64,000 nt of DNA from IMG/VR virus record IMGVR_UViG_3300028844_002497, positions 2,793 through 66,792 of that record. One strand, given 5' to 3'. The DNA comes from a virus. Of the stretch, positions 29,049 to 40,300 are shown one piece after another (position 1 is the first letter of the stretch; every line of letters begins with the position of its first letter). The notes beneath the pieces are model-generated. The model ran no database searches. It was not told the DNA's origin and saw only the letters and a program-made list of their open reading frames with translations. The position numbers and the translations under genes were made by a program.

Positions 29049-29379
29049 TAAACAACTCCCAGTATTTGCCTTTAGATTTATTTGTTACTAATATACTTAT
29101 GTCATCTACAGAAACCAAAACACCTGATGTACTAGGCTTATATTTTTGTACACCCGCTTTGCGTCTATTACGAGTAATGCGACCGTCTATCACTTTAACG
29201 TCAGGTCTGGCTTCTGCAAACACACCGGCATCGATGACTATGTAATTACCTTCTAGTTTTTCACATGTATAAAAGTCAACTGTTCCGTCTTTTTTATAGT
29301 ACAATCTAAACTCAGGAGCCTCAATAACTGGTGCTTCCCATACAGTGATGTATTCTTCGTTGTTTTCTTTATCACTCAT
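29032..29379 (-). CDS. Hypothetical phage protein (115 aa)
   Basis: Overlapping, translationally coupled ORF in the operon. Confidence 0.75.
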   Translation of the reverse strand: MSDKENNEEYITVWEAPVIEAPEFRLYYKKDGTVDFYTCEKLEGNYIVIDAGVFAEARPDVKVIDGRITRNRRKAGVQKYKPSTSGVLVSVDDISILVTNKSKGKYWELFSEEIG

Positions 29380-30173
29380 TAAACCGACTCCTCTATTTTA
29401 TCAGAAAATGATTTAATATGATAGTGAAACGGATATGTTTGTGGAATTGTGTTCACTCTTAATGTGTTTGGATAAATTTCATACAATAAAGTATCAGTCC
29501 ATTTTTCTGACGGTGTGCCATTAATAAATTGTTTCATGTGTATCATAGAAAATTCTTTAAAAGTTGGCAACGTAGACTTTTCTACTCCTATAATATGACA
29601 TGCATAAGCATAAATCCAATCAGTTGTTGCTGGTTCAGTTGGATTACATTGCAGTGTGTCTCTAAACTCACTCCAATTCTCAAACATATGTCTTACGATG
29701 TCAAAGAATTCTTTTGCTGTTTCTGACTTTTTAAAATAAGTTATAGCATTATATACGTCTGGTAGTTCGTTATCGTCTATAAACCTACGATAGGTGCGTA
29801 CATGCGATATATTTTGCTTAAAGTCACGTATATGTGTAGATACAACTAAGTCTCTTTGCTTAAGTATATCCCACCAATAATCTATTGATGTCGGAACGTA
29901 CATATCTGCTTCTAATTTGATCGTGTGTTTATAAGGACTTGCTTCATACACTTGCCAATCGTTAATTAGTTTCCAATTACTGTCTGGTTCTAAATCTCCG
30001 TACGGTAATGGAATAACTTTATGAAATGCTTTGCACTTTGTTTTGTCATCAGAGATTAAAGATACTTTTGCATCTGGCATAACTCTGATAATAGACTCTG
30101 CTAGTTGTTCGGCACATTTGACATAGTTGACATCGGTTGTGTTTTGTGCTAATATAACAAATCCTTTATCCAT
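29379..30173 (-). CDS. GT-A (GT8-like) glycosyltransferase-like protein
   Basis: KGFVILAQN..Y..CA..LA.SI; SPYxxTIKLEADM; NAITYFKKS; paralog of the next gene. Confidence 0.65.
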   Translation of the reverse strand: MDKGFVILAQNTTDVNYVKCAEQLAESIIRVMPDAKVSLISDDKTKCKAFHKVIPLPYGDLEPDSNWKLINDWQVYEASPYKHTIKLEADMYVPTSIDYWWDILKQRDLVVSTHIRDFKQNISHVRTYRRFIDDNELPDVYNAITYFKKSETAKEFFDIVRHMFENWSEFRDTLQCNPTEPATTDWIYAYACHIIGVEKSTLPTFKEFSMIHMKQFINGTPSEKWTDTLLYEIYPNTLRVNTIPQTYPFHYHIKSFSDKIEESV

Positions 30174-31035
30174 TGTTCATTATCCCCACAAATAAATCTT
30201 TATTCATCACGTGAAAATCCATGTCTTTGATTAGCATGTATTCTTTTCTAACTTTACTCTTCTTCCAATGATCAAACATGATAGTAAATTCTGTATTAAA
30301 GTCCCATATCTTGCCGTCTACAGGTACTTGTGCATCACTCTGATTTGCATATACTGAAGTATTTTTTCCTACATGAACTAGATTCCAAGGTATATAATCA
30401 CTTGGCACATCTGTATGTCCATTAACAATTTTAAGTGCAATAGTTAATCCATAGTCATTACGATATACTCCACCAATAAAACTGTGTATGCCTGCATAGT
30501 GTTCATAGTTATCTTGCACCATTTGCAATGTCTCAAAGATTTGTTTTGCACGGTTAGATTTCTTAAACATAATCACTGTTGCCCATAACGTTTCATATGT
30601 GTAACCCATTTTTTCTTGTGCCGCTTCTGGGTGCATAAGCATATGTGTATTACTGTGACAGCAGAATGTATCAGATAAGTCAAATGTTTTTAATAGTGTA
30701 TCAGAATTGACAAGATAGTCAACATCAATTACCAGCGTTTCCTCATAAGGACTAAGTTCATATGCTTGATATCGACCTTTATTGATCCATGATGTTTGTT
30801 CTTTGATATTACTTAAGTCTGGTTCGACTTCGATGATAGAATCGAATGCATCTCTATCGTTTAAGATAGATTTATGTGATTCTATATCTGTAACTAAAGT
30901 TGTAGGTAGTTCTAAGAATGTTGCTATTCTTCTTGCAGTATATACTGCCATGTCGGCATAGTTGTATTTGCTAGAATTAAAAGCAAATAAAACGACCCCT
31001 CTAGTTTTTACCGTTTTCTTTCTAGTTCTTTCCAT
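30166..31035 (-). CDS. GT-A (GT8-like) glycosyltransferase-like protein
   Basis: GVVLFAFN..Y; LSPYEETLVIDVDY (DxD); WATVIMFKKS; YRNDY; HVMNK. Confidence 0.65.
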   Translation of the reverse strand: MERTRKKTVKTRGVVLFAFNSSKYNYADMAVYTARRIATFLELPTTLVTDIESHKSILNDRDAFDSIIEVEPDLSNIKEQTSWINKGRYQAYELSPYEETLVIDVDYLVNSDTLLKTFDLSDTFCCHSNTHMLMHPEAAQEKMGYTYETLWATVIMFKKSNRAKQIFETLQMVQDNYEHYAGIHSFIGGVYRNDYGLTIALKIVNGHTDVPSDYIPWNLVHVGKNTSVYANQSDAQVPVDGKIWDFNTEFTIMFDHWKKSKVRKEYMLIKDMDFHVMNKDLFVGIMNNG

Positions 31036-31313
31036 TCACTGTTCCACTCAGTCATTACGTTATTATATGTTTTAGTAAGAGATTCTAATAGTTTTGATCT
31101 ATCTACTTTTACTGGATTATCAAACGTGTCTATAACGACAAGAGTTTCATCAGAAAATGAGTTAAGAAAGCCTATAGTTTGAGCATCGGCATTCCACAAA
31201 CCGCCTTGTTCTGCAATGACAAGTTTGCTCTTATATTTTTCTTGTAGGTATGCTTTGGCTGAATTATGACTAAATCTAGCCTTTGCATCTTTGATTAGTT
31301 TTGTTGTATCCAT
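31008..31313 (-). CDS. Hypothetical phage protein
   Basis: GGAG precedes ATG 31313; CTAAATA at 31335-31341. Confidence 0.75.
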   Translation of the reverse strand: MDTTKLIKDAKARFSHNSAKAYLQEKYKSKLVIAEQGGLWNADAQTIGFLNSFSDETLVVIDTFDNPVKVDRSKLLESLTKTYNNVMTEWNSEWKELERKR

Positions 31314-31368
31314 AGTAAATAATACTCCCATGAGTATTTAGATGGATTTCAAAGTGACTGAAAAAAAC

Positions 31369-32322
31369 TTATGAGCCAGATACTGAACCTGAAATCGAAG
31401 GTGTTCCCCACGATGCAGATAAGTATGTAGTCTCAGGAAGTTGAGCAGTACAAGTTACAGCACTACCACTAGTTGCTACTAAGTCATTAGGAATCTCGTC
31501 CCAAACAGAGTAGATAGTGATAACTGAACCAGTGTCACCGTTAGATCCTTGAGCACCATTAGATTTAACAATGTATCTAATGAATGATGACAAGTATCCT
31601 GAAGGACCTGAGTCTGCTAACTGTGTAAACGCAGTTGCGTTTGATGTTGTAAGTCCAAAGTATCCTTTATCAGCATCAACAGTAGGTGAATTACCACCAC
31701 CACCGACTTTACTAATACCAGAATATGATGTACCTGCAATTGTGACTGTTCCTGAGTTAGGAGCAGACATAGTTACTGTACCTGTGTCACTTGCTAAGTC
31801 TGAGAAAAGCAAGTTAATACCAGATCCAGATGGATGTGAAGCAGTCATTTTGATTTGACCACCTGCGTTAAAGAAGTAACGAGCGGCATCACCGGATGCA
31901 AATGTAATTGTATGAGTAAATGTAAGACCATTTTGCCATGAAGTTCCACGTGTTGCTGTATCAGCAATTGTAGAACCTTGTGTTGCGGCGTTTCTTCTGT
32001 TAGTGTAGATTGTTGTTAAGTTAGTAGGGACAGCAGACAAATATGTAACTGTTGAACCTGCTGTCGGTGCAGTTACAGAAGTAATAGATGAACCCTGATG
32101 TGATGCTGATGATGCAGTATTAGTAACTAGAGCATTCCATTGCCCGGTTGCTACTACAGTATCTCCACCACTTACTTGTGATACAGCAGTTTGTCCATAT
32201 CCGGCAGTTGTACCACCAGTTGACCATACTGAGTTAAGTTTGTTAGCGCCAGTTTCTACTGCGGCGCCCACCAAGTTATTAAAGTCTGTTGCTTCTATTA
32301 AGCCGTTTTGTGCGTAACTCAT
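31369..32322 (-). CDS. Ser/Thr/Gly-rich virion structural (fibre-associated) protein
   Basis: Composition; GYGQT and ARYFFNAGG motifs; adjacent to the fibre gene. Confidence 0.65.
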   Translation of the reverse strand: MSYAQNGLIEATDFNNLVGAAVETGANKLNSVWSTGGTTAGYGQTAVSQVSGGDTVVATGQWNALVTNTASSASHQGSSITSVTAPTAGSTVTYLSAVPTNLTTIYTNRRNAATQGSTIADTATRGTSWQNGLTFTHTITFASGDAARYFFNAGGQIKMTASHPSGSGINLLFSDLASDTGTVTMSAPNSGTVTIAGTSYSGISKVGGGGNSPTVDADKGYFGLTTSNATAFTQLADSGPSGYLSSFIRYIVKSNGAQGSNGDTGSVITIYSVWDEIPNDLVATSGSAVTCTAQLPETTYLSASWGTPSISGSVSGS

Positions 32323-32338
32323 TTTAGTTAATCCCTAA

Positions 32339-33556
32339 TTATTTGATAGTAACGATGGCTTCTACTGTGCCAAGGTCAAGTGTTGTTTTATCTTCTAATG
32401 CTCTACCAATAACGTTGAATGCAGTTGATTCTCCGTTATCTGCGGCTCTTGCATAACCCTCACCAGCACTTACAAGTCTTTGACCTTTACGTACTGTTCC
32501 TAGTGTTTTAACTCGTACACGTCCTGTCATTGCAACAGCAGGGTGAGTATCATTATCACCTGCGCCGTTGTTCATTAAGAACGCCATGTTATCTGAGATA
32601 ACTCCGAATACATCTTCACTTAATTCATATTTAACAGCAGTGATTTCTGCTTCACCGCCTAATTCAACAACTGTACCCGGCTCATAAACGTCATCTGCAC
32701 TGAATCTTTCCGCCAAGTCAGCATATGTTGCTGTAAGACGAGAGCCAGTTGATAAAGTCCAGTTACCTGTGATCGTACCTGCTGTTGTGTTTGCACCAGT
32801 TGTTAATGTTGTTGCTTGTGTTTGTACTGTTAAGATATTACCGTTGTATGTTGGTAAATATGATGCTACGTTTGAGTTACTATATGTACCTGCGAATGAG
32901 ATTGGATCTCCGTTTGCATACATGTATTTGTCTGTTCTGATACCGTATAAGTTACCAGAGTTATTAATAAATATACCACCTGTATCTAATAAGATAGCAG
33001 AAGCATTTGCACCAGTGTTACCAGTTACAGTCCAAATACCTGTTAATGTACCCGGTGTTGTTGCTGAACCAGTTGTAATTGCTGTTGTTGTTAAAGTACC
33101 GATGTTTGCTGTTGTAATATTAGCATCTGCTATAGTTGCATTTGCTGATATTGTTAAATATCCTGCTGTGAATGCGTTTGCTGTTACTTCATTCGTTGCT
33201 GTAAAATTGTTTGCTGTTGCATTGCCTGTGATATTAACAGAACCAAATGTTGTATTACCACCTGATGCTGTTGATGTTAATGATAACCATGCTAGACTAT
33301 TTGATTCACCGTCTGTAGGACAAACTTTTAATGTAGTATCTGATGTGTCGTACCAAATTTGACCTCTGAGAGGGTTAGCAGGTGGAGTGCTGTCTGCGAA
33401 ATTCTCAGTTACGTGAACAAAGTTAGTGTCTAACGACTGACCATACCCGGCGTAGTTTCTGCCCGGTAAGCCTAATGAAGTACTACTTGTGTTAATAGTA
33501 CCGTCGGCGATGGTCGTTAAGACTGTTCCATCACTTTTTACAATTGTATATGCCAT
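32339..33556 (-). CDS. Tail fibre/spike protein with a C-terminal intramolecular-chaperone (peptidase G2-like) domain
   Basis: N-terminal GRNYAGYG..NF..PPANP..GQIWYD; C-terminal YADLAE...GTVV..GG...GRVxVK..G.V.KG..LVS...IGRALE. Confidence 0.75.
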   Translation of the reverse strand: MAYTIVKSDGTVLTTIADGTINTSSTSLGLPGRNYAGYGQSLDTNFVHVTENFADSTPPANPLRGQIWYDTSDTTLKVCPTDGESNSLAWLSLTSTASGGNTTFGSVNITGNATANNFTATNEVTANAFTAGYLTISANATIADANITTANIGTLTTTAITTGSATTPGTLTGIWTVTGNTGANASAILLDTGGIFINNSGNLYGIRTDKYMYANGDPISFAGTYSNSNVASYLPTYNGNILTVQTQATTLTTGANTTAGTITGNWTLSTGSRLTATYADLAERFSADDVYEPGTVVELGGEAEITAVKYELSEDVFGVISDNMAFLMNNGAGDNDTHPAVAMTGRVRVKTLGTVRKGQRLVSAGEGYARAADNGESTAFNVIGRALEDKTTLDLGTVEAIVTIK

Positions 33557-33579
33557 TTTCTAATTCACTCCGTTAATAT

Positions 33580-33587
33580 TATTTATC
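33580..33587 (-). promoter_or_regulatory. Late-promoter-like GATAAATA
   Basis: Intergenic, 24 nt upstream of the fibre ATG; the same octamer is at 34354-34361 and 57049-57056. Confidence 0.5.
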
Positions 33588-34208
33588 TTAAATGGTAACT
33601 AAATTAGTTAGAGATTGTATTCTAACCGTATAATCTATTTGTATCTGCCTATTCAAGGACTTTTGGACAGGGTGAAAGATTACATGAGTTAAAAGTCTTG
33701 TAATTACGTTCCCGTTTGCGTCTGTTCCGTAGTTTGCTAATAGCCCTAACTCATCAAATATAAAGTTAGAATCTGTTTGGGTACTATTATCAAATGCGGC
33801 TTGTCCTGCAGGCTCTCCATAATCTAGTAAACATTGTACTAAGATATCAGTATACACACGGCCTGTTGTGTGAAACACTGTCATTTTGTTTCTTGTTGGG
33901 TCTAAGTTAAAAACACTTGTATCATCTACGATTTTTGCATATGTTTGGTTATATAGAGCCGCGTTCTGCCCTGTAGTGTTTGGTGGTAAGTAAGTGATAA
34001 CTCCTGTTTCATCTACACTTGCACCGCCATTACCAAAAGCCATTTGATATATCTCTCCATAACCCCTGCTGGATAAAGTATCAGCAATTGCTTCTGACAT
34101 GTTTTCGTAATTAATTGCGTTTTTTGCTTCTTGTAAAACTTCGCCGGTGTTATAGTCTCTGATCGTCAGGAATCCTTCCATCTTCAGAATTTGTTGATCT
34201 CCTGACAT
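33588..34208 (-). CDS. Virion structural protein (baseplate/fibre associated)
   Basis: NAINYEN..MAFGNGG..FDELGL..LLTHVIFHPVQKSLNR..IDYTVRI; context. Confidence 0.7.
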   Translation of the reverse strand: MSGDQQILKMEGFLTIRDYNTGEVLQEAKNAINYENMSEAIADTLSSRGYGEIYQMAFGNGGASVDETGVITYLPPNTTGQNAALYNQTYAKIVDDTSVFNLDPTRNKMTVFHTTGRVYTDILVQCLLDYGEPAGQAAFDNSTQTDSNFIFDELGLLANYGTDANGNVITRLLTHVIFHPVQKSLNRQIQIDYTVRIQSLTNLVTI

Positions 34209-34348
34209 TAACTATCTCCTCGCATCTGCACTAACACTTCTTCGGTGTTAGGATCAGTGATTTTCAGACTTGATGAAAAGTAAATTCCACTGTCTTCATT
34301 GGGTTTTACTTCTTTAGGTTCTGGCTTCTCTGATTTATTATCGTTCAT
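34208..34348 (-). CDS. Small 46-aa protein (MNDNKSEKPEPKEVKPNEDSGIYFSSSLKITDPNTEEVLVQMRGDS)
   Basis: Manual translation; TAATG coupling to the next gene; resembles that gene's N-terminus (L.I.D..T.EVL). Confidence 0.7.
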   Translation of the reverse strand: MNDNKSEKPEPKEVKPNEDSGIYFSSSLKITDPNTEEVLVQMRGDS

Positions 34349-34363
34349 CTCTTTATTTATCAT

Positions 34364-37300
34364 TTACGTTATATCCGTATGTAGAAATTGTGCAGGAGCA
34401 GTTTCTGATATTGATAATGGATCTCCTTCTACTTTATTAAAGTTATAAGAGTTCCAACTTTGATCAATATACAAGTCCGCTAAGCGGTTATTACTCAAAA
34501 GACTGAACACTTCTGTATACTTAGCCATGTATTCTTGTACTGCTGTACCGTTTGCTCCTCGTTGTAATCCCGTAACTGAATTATTGTCAAAGTCTACACT
34601 AGTAAACTTAATTTGCTCTCCGTTAATATACAACACATTACCTTCTAATGATGTAATCGTCAAAGAATCTCCTGTAGAAATGTATGTACCATCAGTAATT
34701 TTTAAGATAGGTGCAAGTTCTTCAATAACAACTTCATATGTATCAGAATCTAATGTGCTTCCAGTAGTATTATTTAGAACAGTTACGCCACTCAAAATGT
34801 TTTTATCTGATGTTAGTCCAATTGAATAAATGTCATTGACTGGAGTAGGTGCAGTTCTTTGTTCTACTAAGTTATCAGTTACTCTAGTTACATCACCTAA
34901 GTAAATTACCTGTGATAGAGGGAAGATAGGTTGTGCCAACCATGTTCTACTTTGTGTATTTGCTCTATAAACTGATTGTTCTCCGGACTGATTAACTGCA
35001 TTCAAATAAATTTCTTCATCCGGTGTTGAATGCGGTATCATGTTAGTCATAATTACAACGTCACCAGGTGCGATATCTGTTAAAATGCTTACTTCATTAT
35101 CTTCATCTAGTCTTAATCTGCTAGTTGGTAGACGATAGCCGTTAACAGTAACCCAAAGTCTTTCAACATTAGTTTGTTCCCATTGTGTTACATTCATAAC
35201 ACCAGTGTCGTTAGTTAAGGATACTTCAACAGTTGCATTTCTAGTTAAACCGATAGTAAATTCAGTGCTATTCAAAATTTGTTTAATATAATAAGTTGTG
35301 CCTTGTGTCAATCCACCTAGTACTGAGGCTCCTGCTACTTGACCCTGTTGTGTAAAGATAACTTCATTATTAACAACAAGTTCACTTGTATCTTGGCATG
35401 TAATTCTGTTAGTTGTTGCTGTTGCAGTTGCTTGAGTAGTAACTAAGAAGAATGTTCCTTGTCTCCAAACATAACCACCTGACGTATATGTAGATACACC
35501 AGTAACTGGATAATTTACTGCATCTAATGCTGGATTATAAACTTGTGTATATATTTCAAATCTATATTGATCAAAGACTCTTACATAATATGAGTTACCA
35601 TTTAACTCAACTGCTCCGTAAATACCATCTAGTCTGACTAATTGATCAGTTGAGAGTGAGTGCGGAATACCTGTTGTAATTCTTGTAGTTGGGTTGCCGC
35701 CACATGTTGTAACCATAAGACCTGTTGCTGTAGACAATACAACTTGTGCACCTGTTTGATCTTTAATAGTTGCTTTAGTTGGGCTAACTATGCTTTCTAC
35801 AAAGTATACTTGTCCTTGTTCAAGTCCACCAAAGTCAATTCCTTGAAAGTAAATCTGCTGGTCAACAATAAAACCGGTTGTTGTATCAAACGTAATTTCA
35901 TTTGATGTTACAGTTGTAGCAGTTGCTTGAGTAACTTGAAGTGGTTCTTCTTGTCCAGTTTCAATGTTTGTAATATTTGCAACTGTAATAGCATTTGAAC
36001 TACCTACCATTGATCCTGTGTCAGTTGTTACTGTGACTGGAGTACCACCTACTTGTAATGAAATTGTAAATGTAGTTGCATCAATAATCTCTAAGATGTA
36101 ATATGTTACACCTGCTACAATGCCACCTATAGTTGGACTAGAAAATACAATTGGCTCATCTACTGCTAAGACTGATGTGTCAGCACATGTTAATGTATCT
36201 AATAATTCATCATATAAAACAACAGTCGGCGTATCTTGGTCATACGTCTCTACGTTTGGAGTATCTTCATCAAACGTTCCTTCTAAATGAGTAGTTGCTG
36301 TAACTGTAATAGTTGTAAACGAACTACCCGATGTACCTGAAATACCGTATTGTGTCGTTAAGTATTGTCTTTCAGTATTATTATACGTTAAGACAGAAAC
36401 TTTTGCTCCGTTTGCGGGAGGTGAATTGAACAATACACTATTTGTAGCATCATCAACAGTATATGAAGTGTTTGTTTGACGTAATCCATCAAGTTCAACG
36501 ATTGCATTGTTTGGATTGGTGCCACCATTGTAATTGCTCATTGGGAACGATGCTTGTGAACCATTACCTACATATTGTTGTATCTCTGGTACAGAATATC
36601 CATATTGTGAAGGATCTCCTGAATCTCCAAAGACTGAATAAACAAGATAATCATCAGAGTTATTATAACCAGTTGGATTTGCTAATACAAGTTTTGCTTG
36701 TATGCCATTTGGTTGTATACCTATTGCATAATCATTAGTTACGTAAGATGAAATGCCTGCTGAGTCAGTTAAAGAAACAACAGTTCCACCATCAGTTTCT
36801 GAAATTGTAAATTCATTATTATCTATAATTGATTCAATGTAGTAAACACTGTTTGGTGTAATATCTGATCCAAACATATCTGCCGCAAATTGTATTTTGT
36901 TACCTACAGATAATCCAACTGTTGTTCCTGTTGTAATACCATTGTTTGATGCTTTAGTTCTACTTACAGTATTTGTTTTTCCTAATACTAATCTAGCACC
37001 ATTATGATATACAAGAGGATCAGTCCATACTGTTCCGGTACCTATTTGAATATTAACAAGCATTGATCCAGTTGCGTCTGTTAACGATTTAATTGGCCCT
37101 GCTAATCCTGTACTTGAATCATAACTTTCTGATATTGTAATAGAATTTGTTGCTGTAGAAATAGATTTAACATAATAAATTGTATCTTCTGCTACTCCAC
37201 CAAATACTACTCCTTGGAATGTTATTGATTCGTTTGTTGTGAATTCAGTAACACTTGCACAAACAATCGTGTCACCTGCGGCAACAGTTTCAGTTGCTTC

Positions 37301-40300
37301 TACTTCAACTGCATTTGTACCTGTTCTGATTGCGCCTGAACCTTGGAAGAATGTTGCACTGTAATTGCAGTTTAAGTATATGTCATCAAAACCCGTTGAT
37401 GCAATTTCTCTAATAGGATCAGTATCTGTATTACCTTTAACTAATTGATTACCGTTGCCAACTTCGTATACATCAATACGTAATGATTGTTTCGGTGAAA
37501 ATTGAAGTGCTGTATTCAGAGTAATAACTTTTGTTACCCAATTGATAGTATATTCACTTGTTGCTAATCCAGTTCCTAAACCTGTTGTTGCATCAATAAT
37601 TTGTAGTGACATGTCTATTGGATACTGAACATACTGATCAAAACTATAGTCAACTTGGAACTCTTGTGTTGGTGCAACAACTTTACTTACAACATTAAAT
37701 CCTGTATGAGAATATTCGGTTACGTCCCAAACTGTGCCGGGGCGTGTGACTACTGTTAAGTTTACGTTATCTTTGATTAAGCCAGGTACTAATTCTTCTG
37801 GTCCGTAACCATCTGTAAAGTCTGACCCTTTAACATCGTAAACGGGTGCTTCTACTGTGAATACACCTGTTGATGTCCATATAACACCAGAGTCTGTAGA
37901 TTGTAAAATAACATTGTTGTCTCCAACAACTACAAATGTGTCTGTTTCAGATGCATATGTTATACCGTTCAAGTCTTGTGTTGTACCTGATGTTTGTGTT
38001 GTCCAACGTAGTCCATTAGATGATGTTTGAATTCTACCGTTGTCTCCCACTGTCATCCAAATATTATCAGCATAAATGATATCACGTAAAATATCTGAGG
38101 TTGCATCATATAGATACATTCTTGCTTGTAATGGAATAACAGCATCTACTAATGTTACTTGCGATGTTAAGCCCGAATCAGTGAAGACTTCTACTTGAGT
38201 AGAACTTACAACATTTACATAATAAGTTGTGTTGGCTGTAAGTCCACCGAATGAATCTGTAAATCTAACAGGATCTGCATTTGCGAATCCATCTGTATTA
38301 GTAACATTAAGTTCGTTAGAGGATTCATTTACAGATACAATTCCTACTTCATTAATTCCTGTCCAGTCACCGGCGTTGTTTGTTTGATACTTGACATCGT
38401 TTTCACCTACTGCAATTGCAATAGTGCCATTACTTGCTACACCATACAAGCCGTTTGGAGTAAGTTCAGGTCCGTTTTCCCAATACTCTCCAGTTGGTTC
38501 ATATGAGAATGCAATTACGTTTGTGTCAATTAATTCTGTTACACCAGTTGAGTAATCATATTTTTTACCTTTACCAACTGCAATAAATCCACCAAAGCCT
38601 GTAGTGTCAATTGAATTGACTCCATATAAAGTTACTGCTAATGGTGTATCATATGTTTTTCTTTCTGTCCATACATATGTATCAGGTGAGTTTACAATAC
38701 CTTCACCTACACTTACATAATAGTTATTTCTATATGCTGTACTTTGTAACGTGATTGCCGCAATCGACAATGATGTCGATGAGTATGGATTTGTATCATA
38801 TGGTAAAGCGCCGAACGGTGTAAACCAGCCGTTTGTTGTCCAAGTAACTCCGTCATTTGATCTATAGACTGGTGTCGCAGTATTTGTAGTGGTCATTACA
38901 TATAGACCGCCACCGTATACTATGTCAGTTGCATTGACAACGATGTTTGATATTTGTTTTGTTGACCAACTTTGTCCTTCGATGGATGCAATAACACCTG
39001 AATACTTGTCAAAGTTAGCAGATGCGATATAATTTATTCCGTTCCATAATACACCAGTAATAGATACGCCTGTTGGATAGAATGGTTCATCTTTTAATAC
39101 AGTATCTACAGTAAACTGATCTTCTGGGGCAAATGCATTACCTAAGTAAACTGCATTTGGATATGTTGTGCCAGCAAATAATTGATTTATATCAATACCT
39201 GGCATGTTAATATTAGGTTGATAGTATCCTTCTACTCTATCCAATGCATTTAATATTCTATTGTCTGATCTTAACTCTTCCCACTTACCAATAATAAACT
39301 CTGGGTCATTATTAGAAATAACACAACGATAAACTCTGTCTAAGTATTTGATAATAGACGGATTAAAGTAGAATGGTTCTGGTAAGAACGCATAACTGCC
39401 TGCTTTCGATAAAGTAAGTCCCGTGATTGAAACTGTTGTAATAACATTTACAACACTACCACCTGGATTAGTTGAAATAGTAATTTCATTTGTACTAGTA
39501 TCAATTGTTTTAATGTAGTAAGACGTTGATGTTATTGCATCAATCGAATTACTTGGTATAGTACCCTCAAATATTACTTCATCATTCAATGAGAATCCTG
39601 CTACACTTGTCAGTGTGATTGAATCTGTTCCTGATGTACAATCTGTAACATTAGTTGTTGTGAATCCACCAAAATCAAATCCTATGCCACTGACTGGTAC
39701 AGTCATTCTAGCATCTGAATAAACTTTTAATGTGTTTTGTCCAGTAACATTCAAGTAATAATCTGTAGTAAGATCATTAGGATCACCCGAGACTATTAAA
39801 CTTACTATTGATCCGTCTGCATCGACACTATTAACTTTTAATGTAGCATCATTAAGAGGAGATGCTCCTCCCATTTCTGATCCTGAAATAGTAATAACAT
39901 TATCAATTGCATAACCTTCTCCTGCATTAGATAAGATTACTCTATAACCGCCTAACTTATATCCTATATCAAAAATAGCATCTGTAGTTGGTGTTTGTGA
40001 TAAACTAAAGTTTGTATTTGTGTCTGTTAGTGTAACATCTTGTGTTCCACCTTTAGTTGTAGATAGTCTGATCCAAGGGTTACCAGTACCAATCATTGGA
40101 CCATTGTCGTTTTGTAACACGAATGTACTTCCACCTACAGTTTCTGAAATTGTAAATTGAGTTGAATTATCAATTGATTTTACATAGTATTCATCACCTA
40201 CTACAATGTTGCCTAAACCAACACCAGTAAATACAATCGGCATGTTCACCCAAAGAGATGAAGTATCATCACATGTAATTCTATTTGTGCTAGATGATGT

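Noticed and set aside
1-31035. Bacterial capsule/O-antigen locus or extracellular contractile injection system
   Set aside because: No flippase, polymerase, ABC exporter or host housekeeping genes. The cluster is continuous with phage virion genes and shares their promoter-like motif and composition.
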